In this document: in pieces, positions 11,500 to 25,400 of the stretch
Layout of the letters: each line of letters begins with the position of its first letter
How positions within the stretch are numbered: the stretch's first letter is position 1
Origin: Lingula anatina
Lineage: Eukaryota; Animalia; Brachiopoda
DNA length: 64,000 nt
Assembly (NCBI GenBank): GCA_051362555.1
Contig: JBPQGU010000016.1
Location: forward strand, 3,472,001-3,536,000
Direction: 5' to 3'
Notes under the pieces: generated by a model
Seen by the model: only the letters and a program-made list of their open reading frames with translations
The model's database searches: none
What the model was told of the DNA's origin: nothing
Program-made: the position numbers and the translations under genes

Positions 11500-14400
11500 C
11501 TCTCAGATTCTGTTCTCAGAGCTTATTTTTGGATCATCTTTAAAGCTAGAATTGGGGGCCTTGATGAAGTGACCCGGTCGCGTTTCCACATTTTTTATGA
11601 ATGACAGGTGTGGTAGATTGATTTTCGTCACTTTTTGGAAAAATCGGAGACGGGTCGATTTTTGGTGATTTTGAGTGATTTTGAACAGTGCTGGCACTGT
11701 GAGATTTCTTCAATTTTGGCCAGGTAGGGATGAAAATTTTTTTTCTTCATTATAGTGTCAGGTAGGTGTGTTCGGTCATTTGTAGTAAGAATAAAGTGCT
11801 GGAAGAGTGGTGGTGTCAACATTAAGGAAGAAATAGAGCAAAAACTCTCTCTCCCCCCCCCTCTCAGATTCTGTTCTCAGAGCTTATTTTTGGATCATCT
11901 TTAAAGCTAGAATTGGGGGCCTTGATGAAGTGACCCGGGTGCGTTTCCACATTTTTTATGAATGACAGGTGTGGTAGATTGATTTTCGTCACTTTTTGGA
12001 AAAATCGGAGACGGGTCGATTTTTGGTGATTTTGAGTGATTTTGAACAGTGCCGGCACTGTGAGATTTCTTCAATTTTGGCCAGGTAGGGATGAAAATTT
12101 TTTTTCTTCATTATAGTGTCAGGTAGGTGTGTTCGGTCATTTGTAGTAAGAATAAAGTCATGGAAGAGTGGTGGTGTCAACATTAAGGAAGAAATAGAGC
12201 AAAAACTCTCTCTCCCCCCCCCCTCTCAGATTCTGTTCTCAGAGCTTATTTTTGGATCATCTTTAAAGCTAGAATTGGGGGCCTTGATGAAGTGACCCGG
12301 GCGCGTTTCCACATTTTTTATGAATGACAGGTGTGGTAGATTGATTTTCGTCACTTTTTGGAAAAATCGGAGACGGGTCGATTTTTGGTGATTTTGAGTG
12401 ATTTTGAACAGTGCCGGCACTGTGAGATTTCTTCAATTTTGGCCAGGTAGGGATGAAAATTTTTTTTCTTCATTATAGTGTCAGGTAGGTGTGTTCGGTC
12501 ATTTGTAGTAAGAATAAAGTGCTGGAAGAGTGGTGGTGTCAACATTAAGGAAGAAATAGAGCAAAAACTCTCTCTCCCCCCCCCTCTCAGATTCTGTTCT
12601 CAGAGCTTATTTTTGGATCATCTTTAAAGCTAGAATTGGGGGCCTTGATGAAGTGACCCGGGTGCGTTTCCACATTTTTTATGAATGACAGGTGTGGTAG
12701 ATTGATTTTCGTCACTTTTTGGAAAAATCGGAGACGGGTCGATTTTTGGTGATTTTGAGTGATTTTGAACAGTGCCGGCACTGTGAGATTTCTTCAATTT
12801 TGGCCAGGTAGGGATGAAAATTTTTTTTCTTCATTATAGTGTCAGGTAGGTGTGTTCGGTCATTTGTAGTAAGAATAAAGTCATGGAAGAGTGGTGGTGT
12901 CAACATTAAGGAAGAAATAGAGCAAAAACTCTCTCTCCCCCCCCCCTCTCAGATTCTGTTCTCAGAGCTTATTTTTGGATCATCTTTAAAGCTAGAATTG
13001 GGGGCCTTGATGAAGTGACCCGGGCGCGTTTCCACATTTTTTATGAATGACAGGTGTGGTAGATTGATTTTCGTCACTTTTTGGAAAAATCGGAGACGGG
13101 TCGATTTTTGGTGATTTTGAGTGATTTTGAACAGTGCCGGCACTGTGAGATTTCTTCAATTTTGGCCAGGTAGGGATGAAAATTTTTTTTCTTCATTATA
13201 GTGTCAGGTAGGTGTGTTCGGTCATTTGTAGTAAGAATAAAGTGCTGGAAGAGTGGTGGTGTCAACATTAAGGAAGAAATAGAGCAAAAACTCTCTCTCC
13301 CCCCCCCCTCTCAGATTCTGTTCTCAGAGCTTATTTTTGGATCATCTTTAAAGCTAGAATTGGGGGCCTTGATGAAGTGACCCGGGCGCGTTTCCACATT
13401 TTTTATGAATGACAGGTGTGGTAGATTGATTTTCGTCACTTTTTGGAAAAATCGGAGACGGGTCGATTTTTGGTGATTTTGAGTGATTTTGAACAGTGCC
13501 GGCACTGTGAGATTTCTTCAATTTTGGCCAGGTAGGGATGAAAATTTTTTTTCTTCATTATAGTGTCAGGTAGGTGTGTTCGGTCATTTGTAGTAAGAAT
13601 AAAGTGCTGGAAGAGTGGTGGTGTCAACATTAAGGAAGAAATAGAGCAAAAACTCTCTCTCCCCCCCCCTCTCAGATTCTGTTCTCAGAGCTTATTTTTG
13701 GATCATCTTTAAAGCTAGAATTGGGGGCCTTGATGAAGTGACCCGGGCGCGTTTCCACATTTTTTATGAATGACAGGTGTGGTAGATTGATTTTCGTCAC
13801 TTTTTGGAAAAATCGGAGACGGGTCGATTTTTGGTGATTTTGAGTGATTTTGAACAGTGCCGGCACTGTGAGATTTCTTCAATTTTGGCCAGGTAGGGAT
13901 GAAAATTTTTTTTCTTCATTATAGTGTCAGGTAGGTGTGTTCGGTCATTTGTAGTAAGAATAAAGTGCTGGAAGAGTGGTGGTGTCAACATTAAGGAAGA
14001 AATAGAGCAAAAACTCTCTCTCCCCCCCCCCTCTCAGATTCTGTTCTCAGAGCTTATTTTTGGATCATCTTTAAAGCTAGAATTGGGGGCCTTGATGAAG
14101 TGACCCGGGCGCGTTTCCACATTTTTTATGAATGACAGGTGTGGTAGATTGATTTTCGTCACTTTTTGGAAAAATCGGAGACGGGTCGATTTTTGGTGAT
14201 TTTGAGTGATTTTGAACAGTGCCGGCACTGTGAGATTTCTTCAATTTTGGCCAGGTAGGGATGAAAATTTTTTTTCTTCATTATAGTGTCAGGTAGGTGT
14301 GTTCGGTCATTTGTAGTAAGAATAAAGTGCTGGAAGAGTGGTGGTGTCAACATTAAGGAAGAAATAGAGCAAAAACTCTCTCTCCCCCCCCCCTCTCAGA

Positions 14401-17400
14401 TTCTGTTCTCAGAGCTTATTTTTGGATCATCTTTAAAGCTAGAATTGGGGGCCTTGATGAAGTGACCCGGGCGCGTTTCCACATTTTTTATGAATGACAG
14501 GTGTGGTAGATTGATTTTTCGTCACTTTTTGGAAAAATCGGAGACGGGCCGATTTTTGGTGATTTTGAGTGATTTTGAACAGTGCCGGCACTGTGAGATT
14601 TCTTCAATTTTGGCCAGGTAGGGATGAAAATTTTTTTTCTTCATTATAGTGTCAGGTAGGTGTGTTCGGTCATTTGTAGTAAGAATAAAGTGCTGGAAGA
14701 GTGGTGGTGTCAACATTAAGGAAGAAATAGAGCAAAAACTCTCTCTCCCCCCCCCCTCTCAGATTCTGTTCTCAGAGCTTATTTTTGGATCATCTTTAAA
14801 GCTAGAATTGGGGGCCTTGATGAAGTGACCCGGGTGCGTTTCCACATTTTTTATGAATGACAGGTGTGGTAGATTGATTTTCGTCACTTTTTGGAAAAAT
14901 CGGAGACGGGTCGATTTTTGGTGATTTTGAGTGATTTTGAACAGTGCCGGCACTGTGAGATTTCTTCAATTTTGGCCAGGTAGGGATGAAAATTTTTTTT
15001 CTTCATTATAGTGTCAGGTAGGTGTGTTCGGTCATTTGTAGTAAGAATAAAGTGCTGGAAGAGTGGTGGTGTCAACATTAAGGAAGAAATAGAGCAAAAA
15101 CTCTCTCTCCCCCCCCCCTCTCAGATTCTGTTCTCAGAGCTTATTTTTGGATCATCTTTAAAGCTAGAATTGGGGGCCTTGATGAAGTGACCCGGGCGCG
15201 TTTCCACATTTTTTATGAATGACAGGTGTGGTAGATTGATTTTCGTCACTTTTTGGAAAAATCGGAGACGGGTCGATTTTTGGTGATTTTGAGTGATTTT
15301 GAACAGTGCCGGCACTGTGAGATTTCTTCAATTTTGGCCAGGTAGGGATGAAAATTTTTTTTCTTCATTATAGTGTCAGGTAGGTGTGTTCGGTCATTTG
15401 TAGTAAGAATAAAGTGCTGGAAGAGTGGTGGTGTCAACATTAAGGAAGAAATAGAGCAAAAACTCTCTCTCCCCCCCCCCTCTCAGATTCTGTTCTCAGA
15501 GCTTATTTTTGGATCATCTTTAAAGCTAGAATTGGGGGCCTTGATGAAGTGACCCGGTCGCGTTTCCACATTTTTTATGAATGACAGGTGTGGTAGATTG
15601 ATTTTCGTCACTTTTTGGAAAAATCGGAGACGGGTCGATTTTTGGTGATTTTGAGTGATTTTGAACAGTGCTGGCACTGTGAGATTTCTTCAATTTTGGC
15701 CAGGTAGGGATGAAAATTTTTTTTCTTCATTATAGTGTCAGGTAGGTGTGTTCGGTCATTTGTAGTAAGAATAAAGTGCTGGAAGAGTGGTGGTGTCAAC
15801 ATTAAGGAAGAAATAGAGCAAAAACTCTCTCTCCCCCCCCCCTCTCAGATTCTGTTCTCAGAGCTTATTTTTGGATCATCTTTAAAGCTAGAATTGGGGG
15901 CCTTGATGAAGTGACCCGGGTGCGTTTCCACATTTTTTATGAATGACAGGTGTGGTAGATTGATTTTCGTCACTTTTTGGAAAAATCGGAGACGGGTCGA
16001 TTTTTGGTGATTTTGAGTGATTTTGAACAGTGCCGGCACTGTGAGATTTCTTCAATTTTGGCCAGGTAGGGATGAAAATTTTTTTTCTTCATTATAGTGT
16101 CAGGTAGGTGTGTTCGGTCATTTGTAGTAAGAATAAAGTCATGGAAGAGTGGTGGTGTCAACATTAAGGAAGAAATAGAGCAAAAACTCTCTCTCCCCCC
16201 CCCCCTCTCAGATTCTGTTCTCAGAGCTTATTTTTGGATCATCTTTAAAGCTAGAATTGGGGGCCTTGATGAAGTGACCCGGGCGCGTTTCCACATTTTT
16301 TATGAATGACAGGTGTGGTAGATTGATTTTCGTCACTTTTTGGAAAAATCGGAGACGGGTCGATTTTTGGTGATTTTGAGTGATTTTGAACAGTGCCGGC
16401 ACTGTGAGATTTCTTCAATTTTGGCCAGGTAGGGATGAAAATTTTTTTTCTTCATTATAGTGTCAGGTAGGTGTGTTCGGTCATTTGTAGTAAGAATAAA
16501 GTGCTGGAAGAGTGGTGGTGTCAACATTAAGGAAGAAATAGAGCAAAAACTCTCTCTCCCCCCCCCTCTCAGATTCTGTTCTCAGAGCTTATTTTTGGAT
16601 CATCTTTAAAGCTAGAATTGGGGGCCTTGATGAAGTGACCCGGGTGCGTTTCCACATTTTTTATGAATGACAGGTGTGGTAGATTGATTTTCGTCACTTT
16701 TTGGAAAAATCGGAGACGGGTCGATTTTTGGTGATTTTGAGTGATTTTGAACAGTGCCGGCACTGTGAGATTTCTTCAATTTTGGCCAGGTAGGGATGAA
16801 AATTTTTTTTCTTCATTATAGTGTCAGGTAGGTGTGTTCGGTCATTTGTAGTAAGAATAAAGTGCTGGAAGAGTGGTGGTGTCAACATTAAGGAAGAAAT
16901 AGAGCAAAAACTCTCTCTCCCCCCCCCCTCTCAGATTCTGTTCTCAGAGCTTATTTTTGGATCATCTTTAAAGCTAGAATTGGGGGCCTTGATGAAGTGA
17001 CCCGGGCGCGTTTCCACATTTTTTATGAATGACAGGTGTGGTAGATTGATTTTCGTCACTTTTTGGAAAAATCGGAGACGGGTCGATTTTTGGTGATTTT
17101 GAGTGATTTTGAACAGTGCCGGCACTGTGAGATTTCTTCAATTTTGGCCAGGTAGGGATGAAAATTTTTTTTCTTCATTATAGTGTCAGGTAGGTGTGTT
17201 CGGTCATTTGTAGTAAGAATAAAGTGCTGGAAGAGTGGTGGTGTCAACATTAAGGAAGAAATAGAGCAAAAACTCTCTCTCCCCCCCCCCTCTCAGATTC
17301 TGTTCTCAGAGCTTATTTTTGGATCATCTTTAAAGCTAGAATTGGGGGCCTTGATGAAGTGACCCGGGCGCGTTTCCACATTTTTTATGAATGACAGGTG

Positions 17401-18700
17401 TGGTAGATTGATTTTCGTCACTTTTTGGAAAAATCGGAGACGGGTCGATTTTTGGTGATTTTGAGTGATTTTGAACAGTGCCGGCACTGTGAGATTTCTT
17501 CAATTTTGGCCAGGTAGGGATGAAAATTTTTTTTCTTCATTATAGTGTCAGGTAGGTGTGTTCGGTCATTTGTAGTAAGAATAAAGTGCTGGAAGAGTGG
17601 TGGTGTCAACATTAAGGAAGAAATAGAGCAAAAACTCTCTCTCCCCCCCCCCTCTCAGATTCTGTTCTCAGAGCTTATTTTTGGATCATCTTTAAAGCTA
17701 GAATTGGGGGCCTTGATGAAGTGACCCGGGCGCGTTTCCACATTTTTTATGAATGACAGGTGTGGTAGATTGATTTTCGTCACTTTTTGGAAAAATCGGA
17801 GACGGGTCGATTTTTGGTGATTTTGAGTGATTTTGAACAGTGCCGGCACTGTGAGATTTCTTCAATTTTGGCCAGGTAGGGATGAAAATTTTTTTTCTTC
17901 ATTATAGTGTCAGGTAGGTGTGTTCGGTCATTTGTAGTAAGAATAAAGTGCTGGAAGAGTGGTGGTGTCAACATTAAGGAAGAAATAGAGCAAAAACTCT
18001 CTCTCCCCCCCCCCTCTCAGATTCTGTTCTCAGAGCTTATTTTTGGATCATCTTTAAAGCTAGAATTGGGGGCCTTGATGAAGTGACCCGGGCGCGTTTC
18101 CACATTTTTTATGAATGACAGGTGTGGTAGATTGATTTTTCGTCACTTTTTGGAAAAATCGGAGACGGGCCGATTTTTGGTGATTTTGAGTGATTTTGAA
18201 CAGTGCCGGCACTGTGAGATTTCTTCAATTTTGGCCAGGTAGGGATGAAAATTTTTTTTCTTCATTATAGTGTCAGGTAGGTGTGTTCGGTCATTTGTAG
18301 TAAGAATAAAGTGCTGGAAGAGTGGTGGTGTCAACATTAAGGAAGAAATAGAGCAAAAACTCTCTCTCCCCCCCCCCTCTCAGATTCTGTTCTCAGAGCT
18401 TATTTTTGGATCATCTTTAAAGCTAGAATTGGGGGCCTTGATGAAGTGACCCGGGTGCGTTTCCACATTTTTTATGAATGACAGGTGTGGTAGATTGATT
18501 TTCGTCACTTTTTGGAAAAATCGGAGACGGGTCGATTTTTGGTGATTTTGAGTGATTTTGAACAGTGCCGGCACTGTGAGATTTCTTCAATTTTGGCCAG
18601 GTAGGGATGAAAATTTTTTTTCTTCATTATAGTGTCAGGTAGGTGTGTTCGGTCATTTGTAGTAAGAATAAAGTCATGGAAGAGTGGTGGTGTCAACATT
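11500..18700. repeat. Imperfect higher-order duplication with 11-mer and 10-mer offsets; boundaries approximate
   Basis: CCCGGTCG 11578/15558 and GTGCTGGC 11692/15672 (+3980). GGGTGCG 11940/15921 and GTCATGG ~12159/~16140. Extra T plus GGGCCG at ~14519-14549 and ~18140-18170 (+3621). Confidence 0.8.
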
Positions 18701-18899
18701 AAGGAAGAAATAGAGCAAAAACTCTCTCTCCCCCCCCCTCTCAGATTCTGTTCTCAGAGCTTATTTTTGGATCATCTTTAAAGCTAGAATTGGGGGCCTT
18801 GATGAAGTGACCCGGGCGCGTTTCCACATTTTTTATGAATGACAGGTGTGGTAGATTGATTTTCGTCACTTTTTGGAAAAATCGGAGACGGGTCGATTT

Positions 18900-21800
18900 T
18901 TGGTGATTTTGAGTGATTTTGAACAGTGCCGGCACTGTGAGATTTCTTCAATTTTGGCCAGGTAGGGATGAAAATTTTTTTTCTTCATTATAGTGTCAGG
19001 TAGGTGTGTTCGGTCATTTGTAGTAAGAATAAAGTGCTGGAAGAGTGGTGGTGTCAACATTAAGGAAGAAATAGAGCAAAAACTCTCTCTCCCCCCCCCC
19101 TCTCAGATTCTGTTCTCAGAGCTTATTTTTGGATCATCTTTAAAGCTAGAATTGGGGGCCTTGATGAAGTGACCCGGGCGCGTTTCCACATTTTTTATGA
19201 ATGACAGGTGTGGTAGATTGATTTTTCGTCACTTTTTGGAAAAATCGGAGACGGGTCGATTTTTGGTGATTTTGAGTGATTTTGAACAGTGCCGGCACTG
19301 TGAGATTTCTTCAATTTTGGCCAGGTAGGGATGAAAATTTTTTTTCTTCATTATAGTGTCAGGTAGGTGTGTTCGGTCATTTGTAGTAAGAATAAAGTGC
19401 TGGAAGAGTGGTGGTGTCAACATTAAGGAAGAAATAGAGCAAAAACTCTCTCTCCCCCCCCCTCTCAGATTCTGTTCTCAGAGCTTATTTTTGGATCATC
19501 TTTAAAGCTAGAATTGGGGGCCTTGATGAAGTGACCCGGGTGCGTTTCCACATTTTTTATGAATGACAGGTGTGGTAGATTGATTTTCGTCACTTTTTGG
19601 AAAAATCGGAGACGGGTCGATTTTTAGTGATTTTGAGTGATTTTGAACAGTGCCGGCACTGTGAGATTTCTTCAATTTTGGCCAGGTAGGGATGAAAATT
19701 TTTTTTCTTCATTATAGTGTCAGGTAGGTGTGTTCGGTCATTTGTAGTAAGAATAAAGTCATGGAAGAGTGGTGGTGTCAACATTAAGGAAGAAATAGAG
19801 CAAAAACTCTCTCTAACCCCCCTCTCAGATTCTGTTCTCAGAGCTTATTTTTGGATCATCTTTAAAGCTAGAATTGGGGGCCTTGATGAAGTGACCCGGG
19901 CGCGTTTCCACATTTTTTATGAATGACAGGTGTGGTAGATTGATTTTCGTCACTTTTTGGAAAAATCGGAGACGGGTCGATTTTTGGTGATTTTGAGTGA
20001 TTTTGCACAGTGCCGGCACTGTGAGATTTCTTCAATTTTGGCCAGGTAGGGATGAAAATTTTTTTTCTTCATTATAGTGTCAGGTAGGTGTGTTCGGTCA
20101 TTTATAGTAAGAATAAAGTGCTGGAAGAGTGGTGGTGTCAACATTAAGGAAGAAATAGAGCAAAAACTCTCTCTCCCCCCCCCTCTCAGATTCTGTTCTC
20201 AGAGCTTATTTTTGGATCATCTTTAAAGCTAGAATTGGGGGCCTTGATGAAGTGACCCGGGCCTGTTTCAAAATTTTTTATGAATGACAGGTGTGGTAGA
20301 TTGATTTTTGTCACTTTTTGGAAAAATCGGAGACGGGTCGATTTTTGGTGATTTTGAGTGATTTTGAACAGTGCCGGCACTGTGAGATTTCTTCAATTTT
20401 GGCCAGGTAGGGATGAAAATTTTTTTTCTTCATTATAGTGTCAGGTAGGTGTGTTCGGTCATTTGTTGTAAGAATAAAGTGCTGGAAGAGTGGTGGTGTC
20501 AACATTAAGGAAGAAATAGAGCAAAAACTCTCTCTCCCCCCCCCCCCTCTCAGATTCTGTTCTCAGAGCTTATTTTTGGATCATCTTTAAAGCTAGAATT
20601 GGGGGCCTTGATGAAGTGACCCGGGCGCGTTTACACATTTTTTATGAATGACAGGTGTGGTAGATTGATTTTCGTCACTTTTTGGAAAAATCGGAGACGG
20701 GTCGATTTTTGGTGATTTTGAGTGATTTTGAACAGTGCCGGCACTGTGAGATTTCTTCAATTTTGGCCAGGTAGGGATGAAAATTTTTTTTCTTCATTAT
20801 AGTGTCAGGTAGGTGTGTTCGGTCATTTGTAGTAAGAATAAAGTCATGGAAGAGTGGTGGTGTCAACATTAAGGAAGAAATAGAGCAAAAACTCTCTCTC
20901 CCCCCCCCCTCTCAGATTCTGTTCTCAGAGCTTATTTTTGGATCATCTTTAAAGCTAGAATTGGGGGCCTTGATGAAGTGACCCGGGCGCGTTTCCACAT
21001 TTTTTATGAATGACAGGTGTGGTAGATTGATTTTCGTCACTTTTTGGAAAAATCGGAGACGGGTCGATTTTTGGTGATTTTGAGTGATTTTGAACAGTGC
21101 CGGCACTGTGAGATTTCTTCAATTTTGGCCAGGTAGGGATGAAAATTTTTTTTCTTCATTATAGTGTCAGGTAGGTGTGTTCGGTCATTTGTAGTAAGAA
21201 TAAAGTGCTGGAAGAGTGGTGGTGTCAACATTAAGGAAGAAATAGAGCAAAAACTCTCTCTCACCCCCCCCCTCTCAGATTCTGTTCTCAGAGCTTATTT
21301 TTGGATCATCTTTAAAGCTAGAATTGGGGGCCTTGATGAAGTGACCCGGGCGCGTTTCCACATTTTTTATGAATGACAGGTGTGGTAGATTGATTTTCGT
21401 CACTTTTTGGAAAAATCGGAGACGGGTCGATTTTTGGTGATTTTGAGTGATTTTGAACAGTGCCGGCACTGTGAGATTTCTTCAATTTTGGCCAGGTAGG
21501 GATGAAAATTTTTTTTCTTCATTATAGTGTCAGGTAGGTGTGTTCGGTCATTTGTAGTAAGAATAAAGTGCTGGAAGAGTGGTGGTGTCAACATTAAGGA
21601 AGAAATAGAGCAAAAACTCTCTCTCCCCCCCCCTCTCAGATTCTGTTCTCAGAGCTTATTTTTGGATCATCTTTAAAGCTAGAATTGGGGGCCTTGATGA
21701 AGTGACCCGGGCGCGTTTCCACATTTTTTATGAATGACAGGTGTGGTAGATTGATTTTCGTCACTTTTTGGAAAAATCGGAGACGGGTAGATTTTTGGTG

Positions 21801-24800
21801 ATTTTGAGTGATTTTGAACAGTGCCGGCACTGTGAGATTTCTTCAATTTTGGCCAGGTAGGGATGAAAATTTTTTTTCTTCATTATAGTGTCAGGTAGGT
21901 GTGTTCGGTCATTTGTAGTAAGAATAAAGTGCTGGAAGAGTGGTGGTGTCAACATTAAGGAAGAAATAGAGCAAAAACTCTCTCTCCCCCCCCCCTCTCA
22001 GATTCTGTTCTCAGAGCTTATTTTTGGATCATCTTTAAAGCTAGAATTGGGGGCCTTGATGAAGTGACCCGGGCGCGTTTCCACATTTTTTATGAATGAC
22101 AGGTGTGGTAGATTGATTTTCGTCACTTTTTGGAAAAATCGGAGACGGGTCGATTTTTGGTGATTTTGAGTGATTTTGAACAGTGCCGGCACTGTGAGAT
22201 TTCTTCAATTTTGGCCAGGTAGGGATGAAAATTTTTTTTCTTCATTATAGTGTCAGGTAGGTGTGTTCGGTCATTTGTAGTAAGAATAAAGTGCTGGAAG
22301 AGTGGTGGTGTCAACATTAAGGAAGAAATAGAGCAAAAACTCTCTCTCCCCCCCCCTCTCAGATTCTGTTCTCAGAGCTTATTTTTGGATCATCTTTAAA
22401 GCTAGAATTGGGGGCCTTGATGAAGTGACCCGGGCGCGTTTCCACATTTTTTATGAATGACAGGTGTGGTAGATTGATTTTTCGTCACTTTTTGGAAAAA
22501 TCGGAGACGGGTCGATTTTTGGTGATTTTGAGTGATTTTGAACAGTGCCGGCACTGTGAGATTTCTTCAATTTTGGCCAGGTAGGGATGAAAATTTTTTT
22601 TCTTCATTATAGTGTCAGGTAGGTGTGTTCGGTCATTTGTAGTAAGAATAAAGTGCTGGAAGAGTGGTGGTGTCAACATTAAGGAAGAAATAGAGCAAAA
22701 ACTCTCTCTCCCCCCCCCCTCTCAGATTCTGTTCTCAGAGCTTATTTTTGGATCATCTTTAAAGCTAGAATTGGGGGCCTTGATGAAGTGACCCGGGTGC
22801 GTTTCCACATTTTTTATGAATGACAGGTGTGGTAGATTGATTTTCGTCACTTTTTGGAAAAATCGGAGACGGGTCGATTTTTAGTGATTTTGAGTGATTT
22901 TGAACAGTGCCGGCACTGTGAGATTTCTTCAATTTTGGCCAGGTAGGGATGAAAATTTTTTTTCTTCATTATAGTGTCAGGTAGGTGTGTTCGGTCATTT
23001 GTAGTAAGAATAAAGTCATGGAAGAGTGGTGGTGTCAACATTAAGGAAGAAATAGAGCAAAAACTCTCTCTAACCCCCCTCTCAGATTCTGTTCTCAGAG
23101 CTTATTTTTGGATCATCTTTAAAGCTAGAATTGGGGGCCTTGATGAAGTGACCCGGGCGCGTTTCCACATTTTTTATGAATGACAGGTGTGGTAGATTGA
23201 TTTTCGTCACTTTTTGGAAAAATCGGAGACGGGTCGATTTTTGGTGATTTTGAGTGATTTTGCACAGTGCCGGCACTGTGAGATTTCTTCAATTTTGGCC
23301 AGGTAGGGATGAAAATTTTTTTTCTTCATTATAGTGTCAGGTAGGTGTGTTCGGTCATTTATAGTAAGAATAAAGTGCTGGAAGAGTGGTGGTGTCAACA
23401 TTAAGGAAGAAATAGAGCAAAAACTCTCTCTCCCCCCCCCTCTCAGATTCTGTTCTCAGAGCTTATTTTTGGATCATCTTTAAAGCTAGAATTGGGGGCC
23501 TTGATGAAGTGACCCGGGCCTGTTTCAAAATTTTTTATGAATGACAGGTGTGGTAGATTGATTTTTGTCACTTTTTGGAAAAATCGGAGACGGGTCGATT
23601 TTTGGTGATTTTGAGTGATTTTGAACAGTGCCGGCACTGTGAGATTTCTTCAATTTTGGCCAGGTAGGGATGAAAATTTTTTTTCTTCATTATAGTGTCA
23701 GGTAGGTGTGTTCGGTCATTTGTTGTAAGAATAAAGTGCTGGAAGAGTGGTGGTGTCAACATTAAGGAAGAAATAGAGCAAAAACTCTCTCTCCCCCCCC
23801 CCCCTCTCAGATTCTGTTCTCAGAGCTTATTTTTGGATCATCTTTAAAGCTAGAATTGGGGGCCTTGATGAAGTGACCCGGGCGCGTTTACACATTTTTT
23901 ATGAATGACAGGTGTGGTAGATTGATTTTCGTCACTTTTTGGAAAAATCGGAGACGGGTCGATTTTTGGTGATTTTGAGTGATTTTGAACAGTGCCGGCA
24001 CTGTGAGATTTCTTCAATTTTGGCCAGGTAGGGATGAAAATTTTTTTTCTTCATTATAGTGTCAGGTAGGTGTGTTCGGTCATTTGTAGTAAGAATAAAG
24101 TCATGGAAGAGTGGTGGTGTCAACATTAAGGAAGAAATAGAGCAAAAACTCTCTCTCCCCCCCCCCCTCTCAGATTCTGTTCTCAGAGCTTATTTTTGGA
24201 TCATCTTTAAAGCTAGAATTGGGGGCCTTGATGAAGTGACCCGGGCGCGTTTCCACATTTTTTATGAATGACAGGTGTGGTAGATTGATTTTCGTCACTT
24301 TTTGGAAAAATCGGAGACGGGTCGATTTTTGGTGATTTTGAGTGATTTTGAACAGTGCCGGCACTGTGAGATTTCTTCAATTTTGGCCAGGTAGGGATGA
24401 AAATTTTTTTTCTTCATTATAGTGTCAGGTAGGTGTGTTCGGTCATTTGTAGTAAGAATAAAGTGCTGGAAGAGTGGTGGTGTCAACATTAAGGAAGAAA
24501 TAGAGCAAAAACTCTCTCTCACCCCCCCCTCTCAGATTCTGTTCTCAGAGCTTATTTTTGGATCATCTTTAAAGCTAGAATTGGGGGCCTTGATGAAGTG
24601 ACCCGGGCGCGTTTCCACATTTTTTATGAATGACAGGTGTGGTAGATTGATTTTCGTCACTTTTTGGAAAAATCGGAGACGGGTCGATTTTTGGTGATTT
24701 TGAGTGATTTTGAACAGTGCCGGCACTGTGAGATTTCTTCAATTTTGGCCAGGTAGGGATGAAAATTTTTTTTCTTCATTATAGTGTCAGGTAGGTGTGT

Positions 24801-25400
24801 TCGGTCATTTGTAGTAAGAATAAAGTGCTGGAAGAGTGGTGGTGTCAACATTAAGGAAGAAATAGAGCAAAAACTCTCTCTCCCCCCCCCTCTCAGATTC
24901 TGTTCTCAGAGCTTATTTTTGGATCATCTTTAAAGCTAGAATTGGGGGCCTTGATGAAGTGACCCGGGCGCGTTTCCACATTTTTTATGAATGACAGGTG
25001 TGGTAGATTGATTTTCGTCACTTTTTGGAAAAATCGGAGACGGGTAGATTTTTGGTGATTTTGAGTGATTTTGAACAGTGCCGGCACTGTGAGATTTCTT
25101 CAATTTTGGCCAGGTAGGGATGAAAATTTTTTTTCTTCATTATAGTGTCAGGTAGGTGTGTTCGGTCATTTGTAGTAAGAATAAAGTGCTGGAAGAGTGG
25201 TGGTGTCAACATTAAGGAAGAAATAGAGCAAAAACTCTCTCTCCCCCCCCCCTCTCAGATTCTGTTCTCAGAGCTTATTTTTGGATCATCTTTAAAGCTA
25301 GAATTGGGGGCCTTGATGAAGTGACCCGGGCGCGTTTCCACATTTTTTATGAATGACAGGTGTGGTAGATTGATTTTCGTCACTTTTTGGAAAAATCGGA
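18900..25400. repeat. Higher-order duplication: two copies of a 9-monomer, ~3257-bp unit; boundaries approximate
   Basis: Variants recur at about +3257: GGGTGCG 19541/22798, TTTTTAGTG 19626/22883, CTAACCCC 19815/23072, TGCACAG 20006/23263, GGGCCTGTTTCAAAA ~20263/~23520, TTTACAC 20633/23890, CTCACCC 21263/24521, GGGTAGA 21789/25046. Confidence 0.92.
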
